A stretch of 64,000 bases of DNA from Bacteroidales bacterium (GCA_035354195.1 DAOQAT010000001.1:79674-143673), one strand, 5' to 3'; positions 46,755 to 56,690 are shown, numbered from the stretch's first letter. Translations and numbers: made by a program. Notes: generated by a model from the sequence alone, not told the origin.

Positions 46755-48257
46755 ATGAAACGATATGATGCGGTGATAATCGGTAGCGGGCTGGGCGGGT
46801 TGGAATGTGCCTATATATTAAGCAAAGAAGGTTATAATGTCTGTGTGCTGGAACAGCATTCACAGATCGGTGGCTGCCTGCAGAATTTTACCCGCGACAA
46901 CTGCGTGTTCGATACGGGAATTCATTACATGGGCGGGCTCGACGAAGGCCAGGTGCTGAACAAGTACTTCAGGTATTTCGGGTTAATGGATAAACTCAAA
47001 TTAAAAAGACTGGACCAGGATGCTTTTGATGTCATCGGATTTGCCGATGATCCCACCGAATACGGCCTTGCCATGGGCCACGACAACTTTATAAAAAAAA
47101 TGTGCGGATATTTTCCTGATGAAAAAGATGCGTTGGAAAAATATATTAGTAAGATAAAAGAAATTTGCGAACATTTTCCTTTATACAACCTTAGCCATAA
47201 AAGCCTTGTCATGGATGAGCTGAGTTTATTCGGAGATAACGCCAATAACTTTTTCAGGGAGATCACCAAAAATGAACGGCTGCAGCGCGTGCTGGCCGGC
47301 ACAAACCCGCTTTATGCCGGTGTGCCTGAAAAAACACCGCTTTATGTTCATGCGCTGGTGAACAATTCTTTTATTGAAAGTTCCTGGAAACTGGTGGACG
47401 GAAGTTCCCAGATGGCCGACATTTTTGCCGGGCACATCCTAGCCAACGGAGGTACCATCCTTACTAATGCAAAAGCGGAGAAATTCATTTTTCACAACCA
47501 TGCGCTTACCGCCATTGAGTTGGAAAACAAAGAGCTTATCGAGGCCCGCAATTTTATCTCTGCCATCCATCCGGTGAAGACCATCAGCATGATCGATGAG
47601 CAGTATTTGAGAAGCGTGTACCGGAAACGGCTGAAAACCCTTGAAAATACGACTTCTAATTTTACGTTGTACGTGGTCTTTCATCCCGAATCTTTTGAGT
47701 ATCTCAATTATAACGTCTATTTTTATAAAGATCAGAATGTCTGGTTGTCTAAGAGTATGGCGGATGCTGACTGGCCGGGGAATTTTTTCATGACTACGCC
47801 CGCCACCTCACATCATGGAAAATATGCCTGTAACGCCACCATCATGTCGTACATGAATATTGAAGATGTCAGGCAATGGGAACATACGCGGGTTGGCAGG
47901 CGCGGAAATGAATACCAGGAGTTCAAGAAGCAGAAATCAGAACAAGTACTCGACCTCGTTGAGCGCCGTTACCCGGGCTTCAGAAAGTCGGTAAAAAAAT
48001 ATTATTCTTCCACACCGCTGACCTACCGCGATTATACCGGAACTATCGACGGCTCGATGTACGGCATCCTGAAAGACAGTTCCGATCCGGTGAAAACCCT
48101 GATCTCGCCGAGAACCAAAATCCCCAACCTGTTTCTGACGGGACAAAGCATCATTCTTCATGGCGTGCTGGGCGTGACCATTGGCGCAGTAACCACATGT
48201 TCAGAACTGCTGGGTAAGGAGTACCTCGTGGATCAGATAAATAACGCCGCGGTCTGA
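46755..48257 (+). CDS. phytoene desaturase / all-trans-retinol 13,14-reductase-like FAD oxidoreductase
   Basis: IIGSGLGGL Rossmann motif, FDTGIHY, STPLT..DY....GSMYG, NLFLTGQ; TATCTTTG box at 46712-46719. Confidence 0.88.
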   Translation: MKRYDAVIIGSGLGGLECAYILSKEGYNVCVLEQHSQIGGCLQNFTRDNCVFDTGIHYMGGLDEGQVLNKYFRYFGLMDKLKLKRLDQDAFDVIGFADDPTEYGLAMGHDNFIKKMCGYFPDEKDALEKYISKIKEICEHFPLYNLSHKSLVMDELSLFGDNANNFFREITKNERLQRVLAGTNPLYAGVPEKTPLYVHALVNNSFIESSWKLVDGSSQMADIFAGHILANGGTILTNAKAEKFIFHNHALTAIELENKELIEARNFISAIHPVKTISMIDEQYLRSVYRKRLKTLENTTSNFTLYVVFHPESFEYLNYNVYFYKDQNVWLSKSMADADWPGNFFMTTPATSHHGKYACNATIMSYMNIEDVRQWEHTRVGRRGNEYQEFKKQKSEQVLDLVERRYPGFRKSVKKYYSSTPLTYRDYTGTIDGSMYGILKDSSDPVKTLISPRTKIPNLFLTGQSIILHGVLGVTIGAVTTCSELLGKEYLVDQINNAAV

Positions 48258-48258
48258 A

Positions 48259-49944
48259 ATGAAGAAAGCCCTTGTCATTGTTTTTAGCCTTACCGGCCTG
48301 CTTTCTGTTGCTTTGATCATGTTCATTCAGCATTTTTTGACTTTAGTGCCGCCTGAAGTAGGGAACGTGGATACATCGGCTTTTATCATGAAAAATGAAG
48401 GCGATTCATTGACTTACTGTGATAGTGCGTGGCTGCATAAAAGCAAAACCGGCTTGTTCGAGCTTTATACCGAGGGCGATGCCTATTACCGGGGGCTGGT
48501 TACCGGAAAGCTGATCCGGAAATTGCTGTACAAGCAGGAAAAAACCTTCGTAGATCAGATAAACCGCTTTGTCCCGTCAAAAACGTATTTGCGCTTTTTA
48601 AAATTCCTGGTAGCCGTTTTCGACCGCGACATTGATAAACGCATAAAACCGGAGTATGTCCGGGAGATCTACGGGCTTTCGCAATACGCCTCGGATGAAT
48701 TTGATGATATCGGAAGCAAGTACCAGCGCATCCTGAATTATCAGGCCGCACATGATATCGGGCATATGATGCAGAATTACCACCTGGTGGGCTGTACCTC
48801 TTTTGCCGTCTGGGACAAAAGGGCAGAAGACTCATCATTGCTGGTCGGACGTAATTTCGATTTTTATGTGAGCGATGAGTTTGCCGAAGATAAGATCATT
48901 TCGTTTGTAAAACCGGATTCAGGTTACAATTACATGATGATCACCTGGGGCGGCATGATGGGCGTGGTGTCGGGCATGAACGACCACGGGCTGACCGTTA
49001 CCGTCAACGCGGCAAAATCGCCGGTGCCCTTGCATGCGGCCTGCCCGGTGTCCATGGTGGCCAAACATATCCTGCAATATGCCGGAACTATTAAAGAAGC
49101 CATGAATATTGCGAAGCGTTACGAAGTATTTGTTTCCGAATCGTTCCTGATCGGCTCTGCCGAAGACCATAAAGCCTGTATCATAGAAAAAAGCCCGGAT
49201 AAAACCGTTTTGTTTCAAAATGACTCTGATTACATTATCTGCACCAACCATTTTCAAAGCAAGGACTTTGACGCTGACAGGCTGAATAAGAAACAGAAAG
49301 AAGAAACCCCGACAATGGGGCGCTTCAGAAGGACAGAGCAGCTAATAAATCGCTACAGCCCCCTGGATGAAAAAAATGTGGCTGCTGTGTTACGAGATCC
49401 GTATGGCATAGATGATAAAAAAATCGGTTACACCAATGAATTGGCTGTAAATCAGTACATAGCTCACCATTCTGTGATTTTTAAACCGGAAAAGCTGCTG
49501 GTCTGGGTGTCGACAAAACCATATCAGCTTGGGGGCTATGTTTGTTACGATTTGAATAAGATATTCCATAAAAAAGAATATTTCAGGCAAAATAAAGAAT
49601 TATATGAAATTGAATTATCTTTGCACCCCGATTCAGTATTGATAACTGAATATGTCAGCAAGGTAGCGGCATATAAAAAAATGAGGGATGCGTTTATTGA
49701 TAATCTGAACAACCATCTGTCGTTGATAAACGAACGTTCTGTTGAAAAAATAATACAGCTCAACCCTGATTTTTTTCAGCCCTATTATCTTGCAGGAGAA
49801 TATTATTATAAAAATAAAAACTATGATCAAGCGTTGATAAGCTATCAAAAGGCACTAAGTAAACCGATACCGTATCAGGCTGATAAAAACCTTTTGATGG
49901 AGCGGATCAGCGCTTGTGAAACTAAAATGAAAAAGTACGAATAA
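48259..49944 (+). CDS. second peptidase C45 family acyltransferase/hydrolase
   Basis: G-CTSFA, GRNFDF, CTNHFQS; paralog of 33619..35289. Confidence 0.85.
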   Translation: MKKALVIVFSLTGLLSVALIMFIQHFLTLVPPEVGNVDTSAFIMKNEGDSLTYCDSAWLHKSKTGLFELYTEGDAYYRGLVTGKLIRKLLYKQEKTFVDQINRFVPSKTYLRFLKFLVAVFDRDIDKRIKPEYVREIYGLSQYASDEFDDIGSKYQRILNYQAAHDIGHMMQNYHLVGCTSFAVWDKRAEDSSLLVGRNFDFYVSDEFAEDKIISFVKPDSGYNYMMITWGGMMGVVSGMNDHGLTVTVNAAKSPVPLHAACPVSMVAKHILQYAGTIKEAMNIAKRYEVFVSESFLIGSAEDHKACIIEKSPDKTVLFQNDSDYIICTNHFQSKDFDADRLNKKQKEETPTMGRFRRTEQLINRYSPLDEKNVAAVLRDPYGIDDKKIGYTNELAVNQYIAHHSVIFKPEKLLVWVSTKPYQLGGYVCYDLNKIFHKKEYFRQNKELYEIELSLHPDSVLITEYVSKVAAYKKMRDAFIDNLNNHLSLINERSVEKIIQLNPDFFQPYYLAGEYYYKNKNYDQALISYQKALSKPIPYQADKNLLMERISACETKMKKYE

Positions 49945-49952
49945 ACTGATGT

Positions 49953-51218
49953 ATGAAATTTAAACTTATTTATCCCAAATGGGAAAAACTCGAAGGACAG
50001 ACTATTTTTAACCTTCCGCCTCACGGCCCTGTGGTGATGGCTGCAGCTCTGCCAGCTTATGTGGACATTGAGTTTGTGGATGAAAATGTGGACACCCTGA
50101 CTTACGACGATGATGCCGATTTTATTGGCATTTCGATGATGCTGACGGGCCAGATCAAGCGTGGCTGGCAGATCGCGACGGAATACCGTAAACGCGGGAA
50201 AAAAGTAATTTTCGGTGGTATTTCAACGATGCTGCATGCCGAAGAAACCCTGGAATATGCGGATTCTATATTTTTGGGTGAAGCCGAAGGCCGTCTCGAA
50301 CAGGTGTTTGAAGATTTTAAAAATAATAAGCTTCAGAAAGTTTACAATTACCTGGCGGTACATCCCGATATCAATACGATTGGCCCTGCCCGCCGCAGCA
50401 TTCTCAATAAAGAAAAATATTACCACAAAGGTGTACGCATGGTAGACCTTTTCCATGCTTCCCGCGGCTGTAAATACAACTGTTACCCTTGTGCGGTGGC
50501 ATATCTTGGTGGCAAATGTTTCCGTCCGCGCCCCATCGACCGCGTGGTTGAAGAACTGGCAACCATTGATAACAACAGGCTTTTTATTGTGGACAATTCG
50601 TTGGCCCAGGACAAACAATGGGAGCTGGATCTTTTCCGTGAAATGATCCCGTTCAAGAAAAACTGGTGCTCACATCCGATAGAGGATGATGATGAAGTAC
50701 TTGACCTGGCCGCTCAGGCGGGCGCATGGTTTGTGTACCAGGCGGTATTTGATACTTCCGACTATATCCGCGACAGGGTAAAACGTTACCACGATCATGG
50801 CATTGCGGTTGAAGGAACCATACTCCTGGGAACCGATGATCACACCGAAGATGACATCAAACGGCTGATTGATTTTCTGCTGGAAATAAACCTTGACCTG
50901 GCAGAATTCACGGTACTTACGCCTTTCCCGCATACCAAAGCGTATGATGACCTGCTCAGGCAAAACAGGATCATCGATAAAGACTGGAACCATTTTAATG
51001 CAGGCAAAGTGGTTATACAGCCCAAACACATGACACCCGAACGTTTGCAGGAACTTTACCATTATGCATGGGATACTTTTTACAAGGATGAAACCCAATC
51101 TGAAAAAATGTTCAAACTCTTCCGTTCGGTCATCATGAAAGAAATTGCTAACGGCACCTACAAGCCGATACGCGAAGAAATGGCTAATAACAGCTTTGGG
51201 CAGAAAGTAAAAAGATAA
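49953..51218 (+). CDS. B12-binding-domain radical SAM enzyme
   Basis: N-terminal cobalamin-binding-like domain (VIFGG, GEAE); SRGCKYNCYPC. Confidence 0.88.
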   Translation: MKFKLIYPKWEKLEGQTIFNLPPHGPVVMAAALPAYVDIEFVDENVDTLTYDDDADFIGISMMLTGQIKRGWQIATEYRKRGKKVIFGGISTMLHAEETLEYADSIFLGEAEGRLEQVFEDFKNNKLQKVYNYLAVHPDINTIGPARRSILNKEKYYHKGVRMVDLFHASRGCKYNCYPCAVAYLGGKCFRPRPIDRVVEELATIDNNRLFIVDNSLAQDKQWELDLFREMIPFKKNWCSHPIEDDDEVLDLAAQAGAWFVYQAVFDTSDYIRDRVKRYHDHGIAVEGTILLGTDDHTEDDIKRLIDFLLEINLDLAEFTVLTPFPHTKAYDDLLRQNRIIDKDWNHFNAGKVVIQPKHMTPERLQELYHYAWDTFYKDETQSEKMFKLFRSVIMKEIANGTYKPIREEMANNSFGQKVKR

Positions 51219-51238
51219 ACATAAATTTTCGAAGCATT

Positions 51239-51643
51239 ATGATTAAGCATTTTAATAAGGATCTTAATTCGGATTATTTTAATGAAGTGTATGATTTTAA
51301 GGGGCAATGGGATGTCCCTTCACGTTGCGGCCTGAAGGTAGTAAAAAATGAAAACCAAACAGTGGTGGTGGCTACAGAGCTTTATGCTGAAAATCCGGGC
51401 ACTTCGGTGACGAATTTTTGTGCGCCCCTGGCAACCGTGATATGTGATGATTTTAACATCGACCACCAAACCATGGTCTTTATTGTCCATACACCCGATG
51501 CCAAATCAAAGCTGTCATTTATGAATGAAAATTTTTTCCGTGTTGATTTTACAAGGGATGGTAAAAAATTCACCGATCCCAAATGGTCACAGATTGAGAA
51601 ATCAAAAGTTGATGAACTGATCGGGATAACACAAAAACAATAA
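51239..51643 (+). CDS. hypothetical protein
   Basis: 134 aa, in operon; TELYAENPGTSVTN motif. Confidence 0.7.
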   Translation: MIKHFNKDLNSDYFNEVYDFKGQWDVPSRCGLKVVKNENQTVVVATELYAENPGTSVTNFCAPLATVICDDFNIDHQTMVFIVHTPDAKSKLSFMNENFFRVDFTRDGKKFTDPKWSQIEKSKVDELIGITQKQ

Positions 51644-51668
51644 TGCTGATCCGCTACTGCGAAACCAT

Positions 51669-51737
51669 AATTCGGAATTCAGAGTTCAGAATTATGAATT
51701 CAGAATTCTGAAATCTGAAATTAAAAATCTGAAATTT
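51669..51737. repeat. heptamer array (AATTCAG / AAATCTG)
   Basis: About ten degenerate 7-nt units, partly self-complementary. Confidence 0.7.
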
Positions 51738-51741
51738 AAAT

Positions 51742-52140
51742 ATGTTTGAATATCGCTTATCTGTACGGGGTTATGAACTGGATTCATATAATCATGTGAA
51801 CAATGCCGTTTACCTGAACTACTACGAGCAGGCGCGATGGGAAGTTATGCGTCAAACCGGCTTACTTGAAAAATTACAATCCCAAAATATTTTATTGGTA
51901 GTTACGGAAATAAATATCCGTTACTCTAGGGAAGCACGGCTGTTTGACCCTATTCTGATTAAAAGTGAAGTTGAGTTTTCCGGGCCTTATGTTGTTTTTA
52001 AACAACGAATGATAAATGAGGATGATGGGAAAAAGCTTTCGCATGCCACCGTGAAATTGATCCCATTGAATGGTGAGCGGGTTCCTTGCGGCATATCACC
52101 CGAGTACGAAATATTACTTACTAAAAACAAGAAAAATTGA
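51742..52140 (+). CDS. acyl-CoA thioesterase (4HBT/YbgC hot-dog family)
   Basis: ELDSYNHVNNAVYLNYYEQAR. Confidence 0.9.
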   Translation: MFEYRLSVRGYELDSYNHVNNAVYLNYYEQARWEVMRQTGLLEKLQSQNILLVVTEINIRYSREARLFDPILIKSEVEFSGPYVVFKQRMINEDDGKKLSHATVKLIPLNGERVPCGISPEYEILLTKNKKN

Positions 52141-52883
52141 TACAATCTGATCATGTAGTTGTTGAGAAAAAAGGTTGTATTGCCCTTATCAAAATAAACA
52201 ACCCGCCGCAGAATTATCTGAAATCACCCGCCTTTATCAGCAGGGAAAATTTGCTGCTGATTGCTAATGATCCTGAGGTTAAAGGTATTGTCATTTCAGG
52301 CGCAGGAAGGCACTTTTCTGCAGGCGCTGATCTGAAAAGCCTTTTTACGATGGCGAAAAACAGTGAGGCATTAAATAGTGAAATGACAGAAGGTGCCGGA
52401 TTGCTTGAATATGTTTCTGAATTGAATATACCCGTTGCCGCTGCCATCCATGGCGTATGCCTGGGTGGGGGACTTGAAATTGCCATGTCCTGCCACATCC
52501 GCTTTGCTTCGCCCGGTTCGCTGTTTGCTTTTCCGGAAATAAACACTAACCTGCTCCCGGGATTAGGCGGAGTCGTCCGTATGGTAAACCAATCAGGAAA
52601 TTATGCTGCAATCAGCCTGTTACTATCCGGGGATATTATCGACGCCGAAAAAGCGCAGAAGTTTAATATTGTCCATCAGTTGTGCGAAGAAAATGTTCAG
52701 GAACAAACGATAAAATATGTAAGGAATCTGGTGGAGTCAAAACCCAAAAAGGTTATTGCTTATGTTATGCAGGCCATTCACAATGCACGTAAACTTCCGT
52801 TGAACGAAGCGCTGCATGAAGAAACCAGAATGTTCTGTGAACTTGCCATAGAAGAAGCTGTAAGAAGAAAATCCGGATCGTGA
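52137..52883 (+). CDS. enoyl-CoA hydratase/isomerase family protein
   Basis: FSAGADL, CLGGGLEIAMSCH, FPE. Confidence 0.88.
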   Translation: MIQSDHVVVEKKGCIALIKINNPPQNYLKSPAFISRENLLLIANDPEVKGIVISGAGRHFSAGADLKSLFTMAKNSEALNSEMTEGAGLLEYVSELNIPVAAAIHGVCLGGGLEIAMSCHIRFASPGSLFAFPEINTNLLPGLGGVVRMVNQSGNYAAISLLLSGDIIDAEKAQKFNIVHQLCEENVQEQTIKYVRNLVESKPKKVIAYVMQAIHNARKLPLNEALHEETRMFCELAIEEAVRRKSGS

Positions 52884-53539
52884 GCATGTACAAAACTATT
52901 AACTGGCGTTTCGAGGATAACATCGGGATTGTTGAGCTGAACAGCCCGCCGGCTAATAGTATGAACAAACTGTTCTTCTATGAAATTCATGAACTCAGCG
53001 ACAGGATACTGACGGATGAGCGTGTAAAAGCTCTGATAATAACCGGTATTGGAAGGCATTTTTCCTCCGGTGCCGATATCAACGATTTATTGGCTTTTGA
53101 TCCGGGCAATTCCCATGCGGCCAATGATTTTTATATTGCCAACAGCCAAACATTTAAAAGGTTTTACACGGCAAAAATTCCGGTAATTGCTGCGGTAAAA
53201 GGCGTTTGCATTGGTTCAGCCATGGAACTGGCTATGTCGTGCCATTTTCGGATTGCCGCTGATAACGGCATCATGGGTTTTCCCGAAGCAAGCTATAACC
53301 TGATGACCGGTTGCGGAGGCTCCGTCTACCTTTCCGGGATCACGGATAAAAAAACTTCCATCGAACTGATGCTGGGAGGGTATAACATGAACGTGTCAGA
53401 AGCTGAGCAACTGGGTCTTATTGATAAGATTGTAAAGAAAAATGAACTTATCGTAAAAGCAGTTAACTTTGCAAAAAATTTAATTCAAAACTACAACCCG
53501 GAACTTAGGAATTATTATATCAGGAAATTTTTAAACTAA
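52880..53539 (+). CDS. enoyl-CoA hydratase/isomerase family protein (short)
   Basis: FSSGADI, GSAMELAMSCH, FPE. Confidence 0.85.
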   Translation: MSMYKTINWRFEDNIGIVELNSPPANSMNKLFFYEIHELSDRILTDERVKALIITGIGRHFSSGADINDLLAFDPGNSHAANDFYIANSQTFKRFYTAKIPVIAAVKGVCIGSAMELAMSCHFRIAADNGIMGFPEASYNLMTGCGGSVYLSGITDKKTSIELMLGGYNMNVSEAEQLGLIDKIVKKNELIVKAVNFAKNLIQNYNPELRNYYIRKFLN

Positions 53540-53541
53540 TA

Positions 53542-54654
53542 GTGATGCCAGGAAGCAGGGTTAAAATAACAGGTACAGGAAGGTTTTTACCGGGTATGGC
53601 GGTCCCTTTTGAAGAAACCGACCGCTATCTGGGCGAAATCACCGGCGCACCGGCCTCTGTGATGAAATGGTTTTCACGCATCAGGCCGTTGATGAAGGAA
53701 ATGCTAGAGATCGACTATTGCCATTATGCCATTGATCCTGAAACCAGGAAATTTACAGAAGATAATGTCACCATGGCCACCAAAGCCGCATTAGCCGCGC
53801 TGGAGATGGCTCAGCTGAAGCCGGATGACATCCGGTTTATTGCTTATGGCAGCGCTCACCAGCACCAGATGCCCACAGCAAGTGTCAGGATACAGGAAGC
53901 GCTGGGCATAGAGGCTTGTTCGGAAATTTCGATTCATGCCAATTGCACCTCTGCCTATAAAGCATTGCTGGTTGCGTATGAATTTATTCAATCTGGCAGG
54001 TACGACAACGCGCTGGTGCTGTCATCGGGTATTTCGTCGTCGGAACTTATTGCCGAATATTACAACCAGCCGTTATTGAAAAAAGAAGACCTGTTTTTAA
54101 GATATTTCTTATGCGACGGCGCCGGAGCCTTGGTATTGCAAAAATCGGATGATGAAAAAGGGTTGTTTGTTGAAAATGTCTACATAGAATCTATCGGTGG
54201 AAAAAAACCGGCAGCGATGTTGAACAAGCGCCCTGCATACTGGCAAAACCCGAAGCTGGAGTTCGAACTGGGCGATCACCATATGGCACAAATGTTCAAC
54301 GAACAATTGCGTACCCATTTTCACGATGAAGATGGCTCGGTGTTTTACAAAGGCCTGAAACGTATGATTGAGAAATACGGGATCGATGTTTCCACATTGA
54401 AATACTTTCAGGTCAATTTTCCGTCTAAACACATTGCTGAAATGATTATTGAGGAATGCGGCCAGTTAGGTATTAAAAAAGAAACACTTTACACTAAAAT
54501 GAATGATATGGGGTACGTCGGCCCACCAATGGTTTTCATCTGCCTGGATAAAATTTTCAGGGAAGAGAAACTAGTTGAAAACGACCTGATCCTGAGCTTT
54601 GTTACCGAGGTCAGTAAATTCATGCAGGCAGGATTTACACTGCGATACTTATAA
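53542..54654 (+). CDS. 3-oxoacyl-ACP synthase III-like (thiolase fold) enzyme
   Basis: ITGTGRFLPG, ANCTS active Cys, DGAGALVL. Confidence 0.82.
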   Translation: MMPGSRVKITGTGRFLPGMAVPFEETDRYLGEITGAPASVMKWFSRIRPLMKEMLEIDYCHYAIDPETRKFTEDNVTMATKAALAALEMAQLKPDDIRFIAYGSAHQHQMPTASVRIQEALGIEACSEISIHANCTSAYKALLVAYEFIQSGRYDNALVLSSGISSSELIAEYYNQPLLKKEDLFLRYFLCDGAGALVLQKSDDEKGLFVENVYIESIGGKKPAAMLNKRPAYWQNPKLEFELGDHHMAQMFNEQLRTHFHDEDGSVFYKGLKRMIEKYGIDVSTLKYFQVNFPSKHIAEMIIEECGQLGIKKETLYTKMNDMGYVGPPMVFICLDKIFREEKLVENDLILSFVTEVSKFMQAGFTLRYL

Positions 54655-54660
54655 TTGTTT

Positions 54661-56235
54661 ATGCCGTCAGATTCAGAAAAATTCAGAAGAAAAAAAATAT
54701 TTCTGGTTCTGCCAGGCCAGAAGTACGTTAATTATTACGGGCAGACCGAACTATGCAAAATGATGGGCAAGAAAAAGTTCATGCTGTCACTTTCCATGCC
54801 TATGATTGCCGCTATCACGCCACCGGAATATGATATCCGCATCATTGACGAAGAACTGGAGCCCTTGCCCAAAGAGATCCCCGATATTGTCGGGATGTCA
54901 ACGCTGGCAACCACAGCAAAAAGAGCCTACGAAATAGGGGACTGGTACCGCTCGCAAGGCGCAAAAGTCATCATCGGGGGCCCGTATGTGTCGTTCATGT
55001 ATGATGAAGCGATCAATCATGCGGATGCCGTTGTTATTGGTGAAGCAGAAGGCGTTTGGCAGCAGTGCCTGAAAGATTTTGAACAGGGGAACCTTCAAAA
55101 AATATACAATACACACGAGTTTTGTGACTTTAAAGAAATACCGCCACCACGCTGGGATCTGGTAAATATGAAAAAAGTCTTCCAGGTTGGGATTCAGGTT
55201 TCGCGCGGTTGCCCTTACAGATGTGAGTTTTGCCTGGTTACCAGTTTGTTTGGGAATAAAATGCGTTACCGCGAAATTTCCAATGTAGTGCAGGAAATAA
55301 AATCACTACCGGTTAGAAAAATGTTGTTTGTGGATGATAACCTTACGGCAAACAAACGTTATGCCCACGAACTGATGAAGGAGCTTACACCCCTGAAAAT
55401 TTCATGGGGCTGCATGTCGAGCATCGAAATTGCGAGGGAAGACGAATTGCTCACCGAAATGAACAATGCCGGGTGTTTCAATATTCTTATCGGTTTTGAA
55501 TCTTTAAATGCAGGCAGCCTTTTCGAAACCAAAAAAAAACACAACCGTGATGCCCTGATCTATGAAGACGCCATAAAAAAAATCCATTCGCACGGCATTC
55601 ATATCACGGCATCGTTCGTTATTGGATTTGATAATGACACCCCTGAAGAATTCGACCGTTTGTATGAATTTACGCAACGGACAGGCTTGTCGTACATTAA
55701 TTTTAATATACTCGGAGCCCCTTATGGTTCCGAACTGCAAAAACGCCTGACCTCTGAAGGCCGCATGTATGATATTGATACGGATATGATGGGCGGGTTG
55801 TTCCCGTGCATTCATTATTACAAGATGTCGCAGATTGAATTGTTCGACAAGTATCTCGAAACGCTTTCAAAGATGTATTCGTACGAGTCTGTTTATGAAA
55901 AAGCAAAGATATTGTTTCCCGAAGGGCATTTTATCCGGCCATACAATGATGGCAACCCTTCATTTGGCTTTAAAGCCAAACTGGTTTTCAAACTGCTGAA
56001 AGAATTTCTTTTTACCAACGAACCTTATAAACGAAAATTCTATTTATATATCATTTCACTCATCAGGCAAAAGAAACTTGCCATTGATATGGGACTGGCT
56101 CATATCATATCCATGACCAGTTATCATAAGCATATCAAAAAGCTGAATAAGGATGCTGAGTTCTATCGGCAGATGATCCGGAAATACGATATCGGCCCAT
56201 GGGAAAAAGTGATGGAAAGCCGGTCAGGAGAATAA
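54661..56235 (+). CDS. B12-binding-domain radical SAM enzyme
   Basis: VIIGGP, GEAE, SRGCPYRCEFC, FVDDNL, IGFES; ATG 54661 (ORF open from 54655). Confidence 0.88.
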   Translation: MPSDSEKFRRKKIFLVLPGQKYVNYYGQTELCKMMGKKKFMLSLSMPMIAAITPPEYDIRIIDEELEPLPKEIPDIVGMSTLATTAKRAYEIGDWYRSQGAKVIIGGPYVSFMYDEAINHADAVVIGEAEGVWQQCLKDFEQGNLQKIYNTHEFCDFKEIPPPRWDLVNMKKVFQVGIQVSRGCPYRCEFCLVTSLFGNKMRYREISNVVQEIKSLPVRKMLFVDDNLTANKRYAHELMKELTPLKISWGCMSSIEIAREDELLTEMNNAGCFNILIGFESLNAGSLFETKKKHNRDALIYEDAIKKIHSHGIHITASFVIGFDNDTPEEFDRLYEFTQRTGLSYINFNILGAPYGSELQKRLTSEGRMYDIDTDMMGGLFPCIHYYKMSQIELFDKYLETLSKMYSYESVYEKAKILFPEGHFIRPYNDGNPSFGFKAKLVFKLLKEFLFTNEPYKRKFYLYIISLIRQKKLAIDMGLAHIISMTSYHKHIKKLNKDAEFYRQMIRKYDIGPWEKVMESRSGE

Positions 56236-56366
56236 ACCCGAATTCAGAAATAGTACACTGCAATTCTATTGCGGAATTCCATCTAACTAAATAAAAATAG
56301 CTGAATTCAATGAATTCAAAATAATATTGAATTTTTAGTTACTTAAATAAACCTTTTATTGTTTCA

Positions 56367-56620
56367 TAGTCCGTCATGGCAGACCGCCAGGGTGGTGGAG
56401 CGCAGGCATGCCCAGACGGCGGGCCGGTGCTGGGGTGAATCAGAAAATATTAGAAAATCTTAAAAGTCACCGAAGGTGTTTCCCGACCCGCATAGCGGCG
56501 TCGGGACCGCTTTGATTAGATTTTCAATATTTTCTGAGAGCGGGCTGAAGCATCGTCTGGGTTGTCATTTTCTTTGGTTCGTTTCTTTTGGACAAACAAA
56601 AGAAATGAACGACGCTATCA
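56367..56620 (+). repeat. structured ~250-bp repeat, copy B (uninterrupted)
   Basis: Homologous to 31683-31915 joined to 33480-33530; nested stems. Confidence 0.85.
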
Positions 56621-56642
56621 AAGAAATGATATTATCGTACAT

Positions 56643-56674
56643 AAAAAAAGCGGGGTGAAGCCCCGCTTTTTTTT
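56643..56674. terminator. bidirectional intrinsic terminator
   Basis: A7-GCGGGG-TGAAG-CCCCGC-T8. Confidence 0.88.
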
Positions 56675-56690
56675 AATAAACCATTGAAGA

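Noticed and set aside
56476..56658. 60-aa ORF
   Set aside because: Lies within repeat copy B and the terminator
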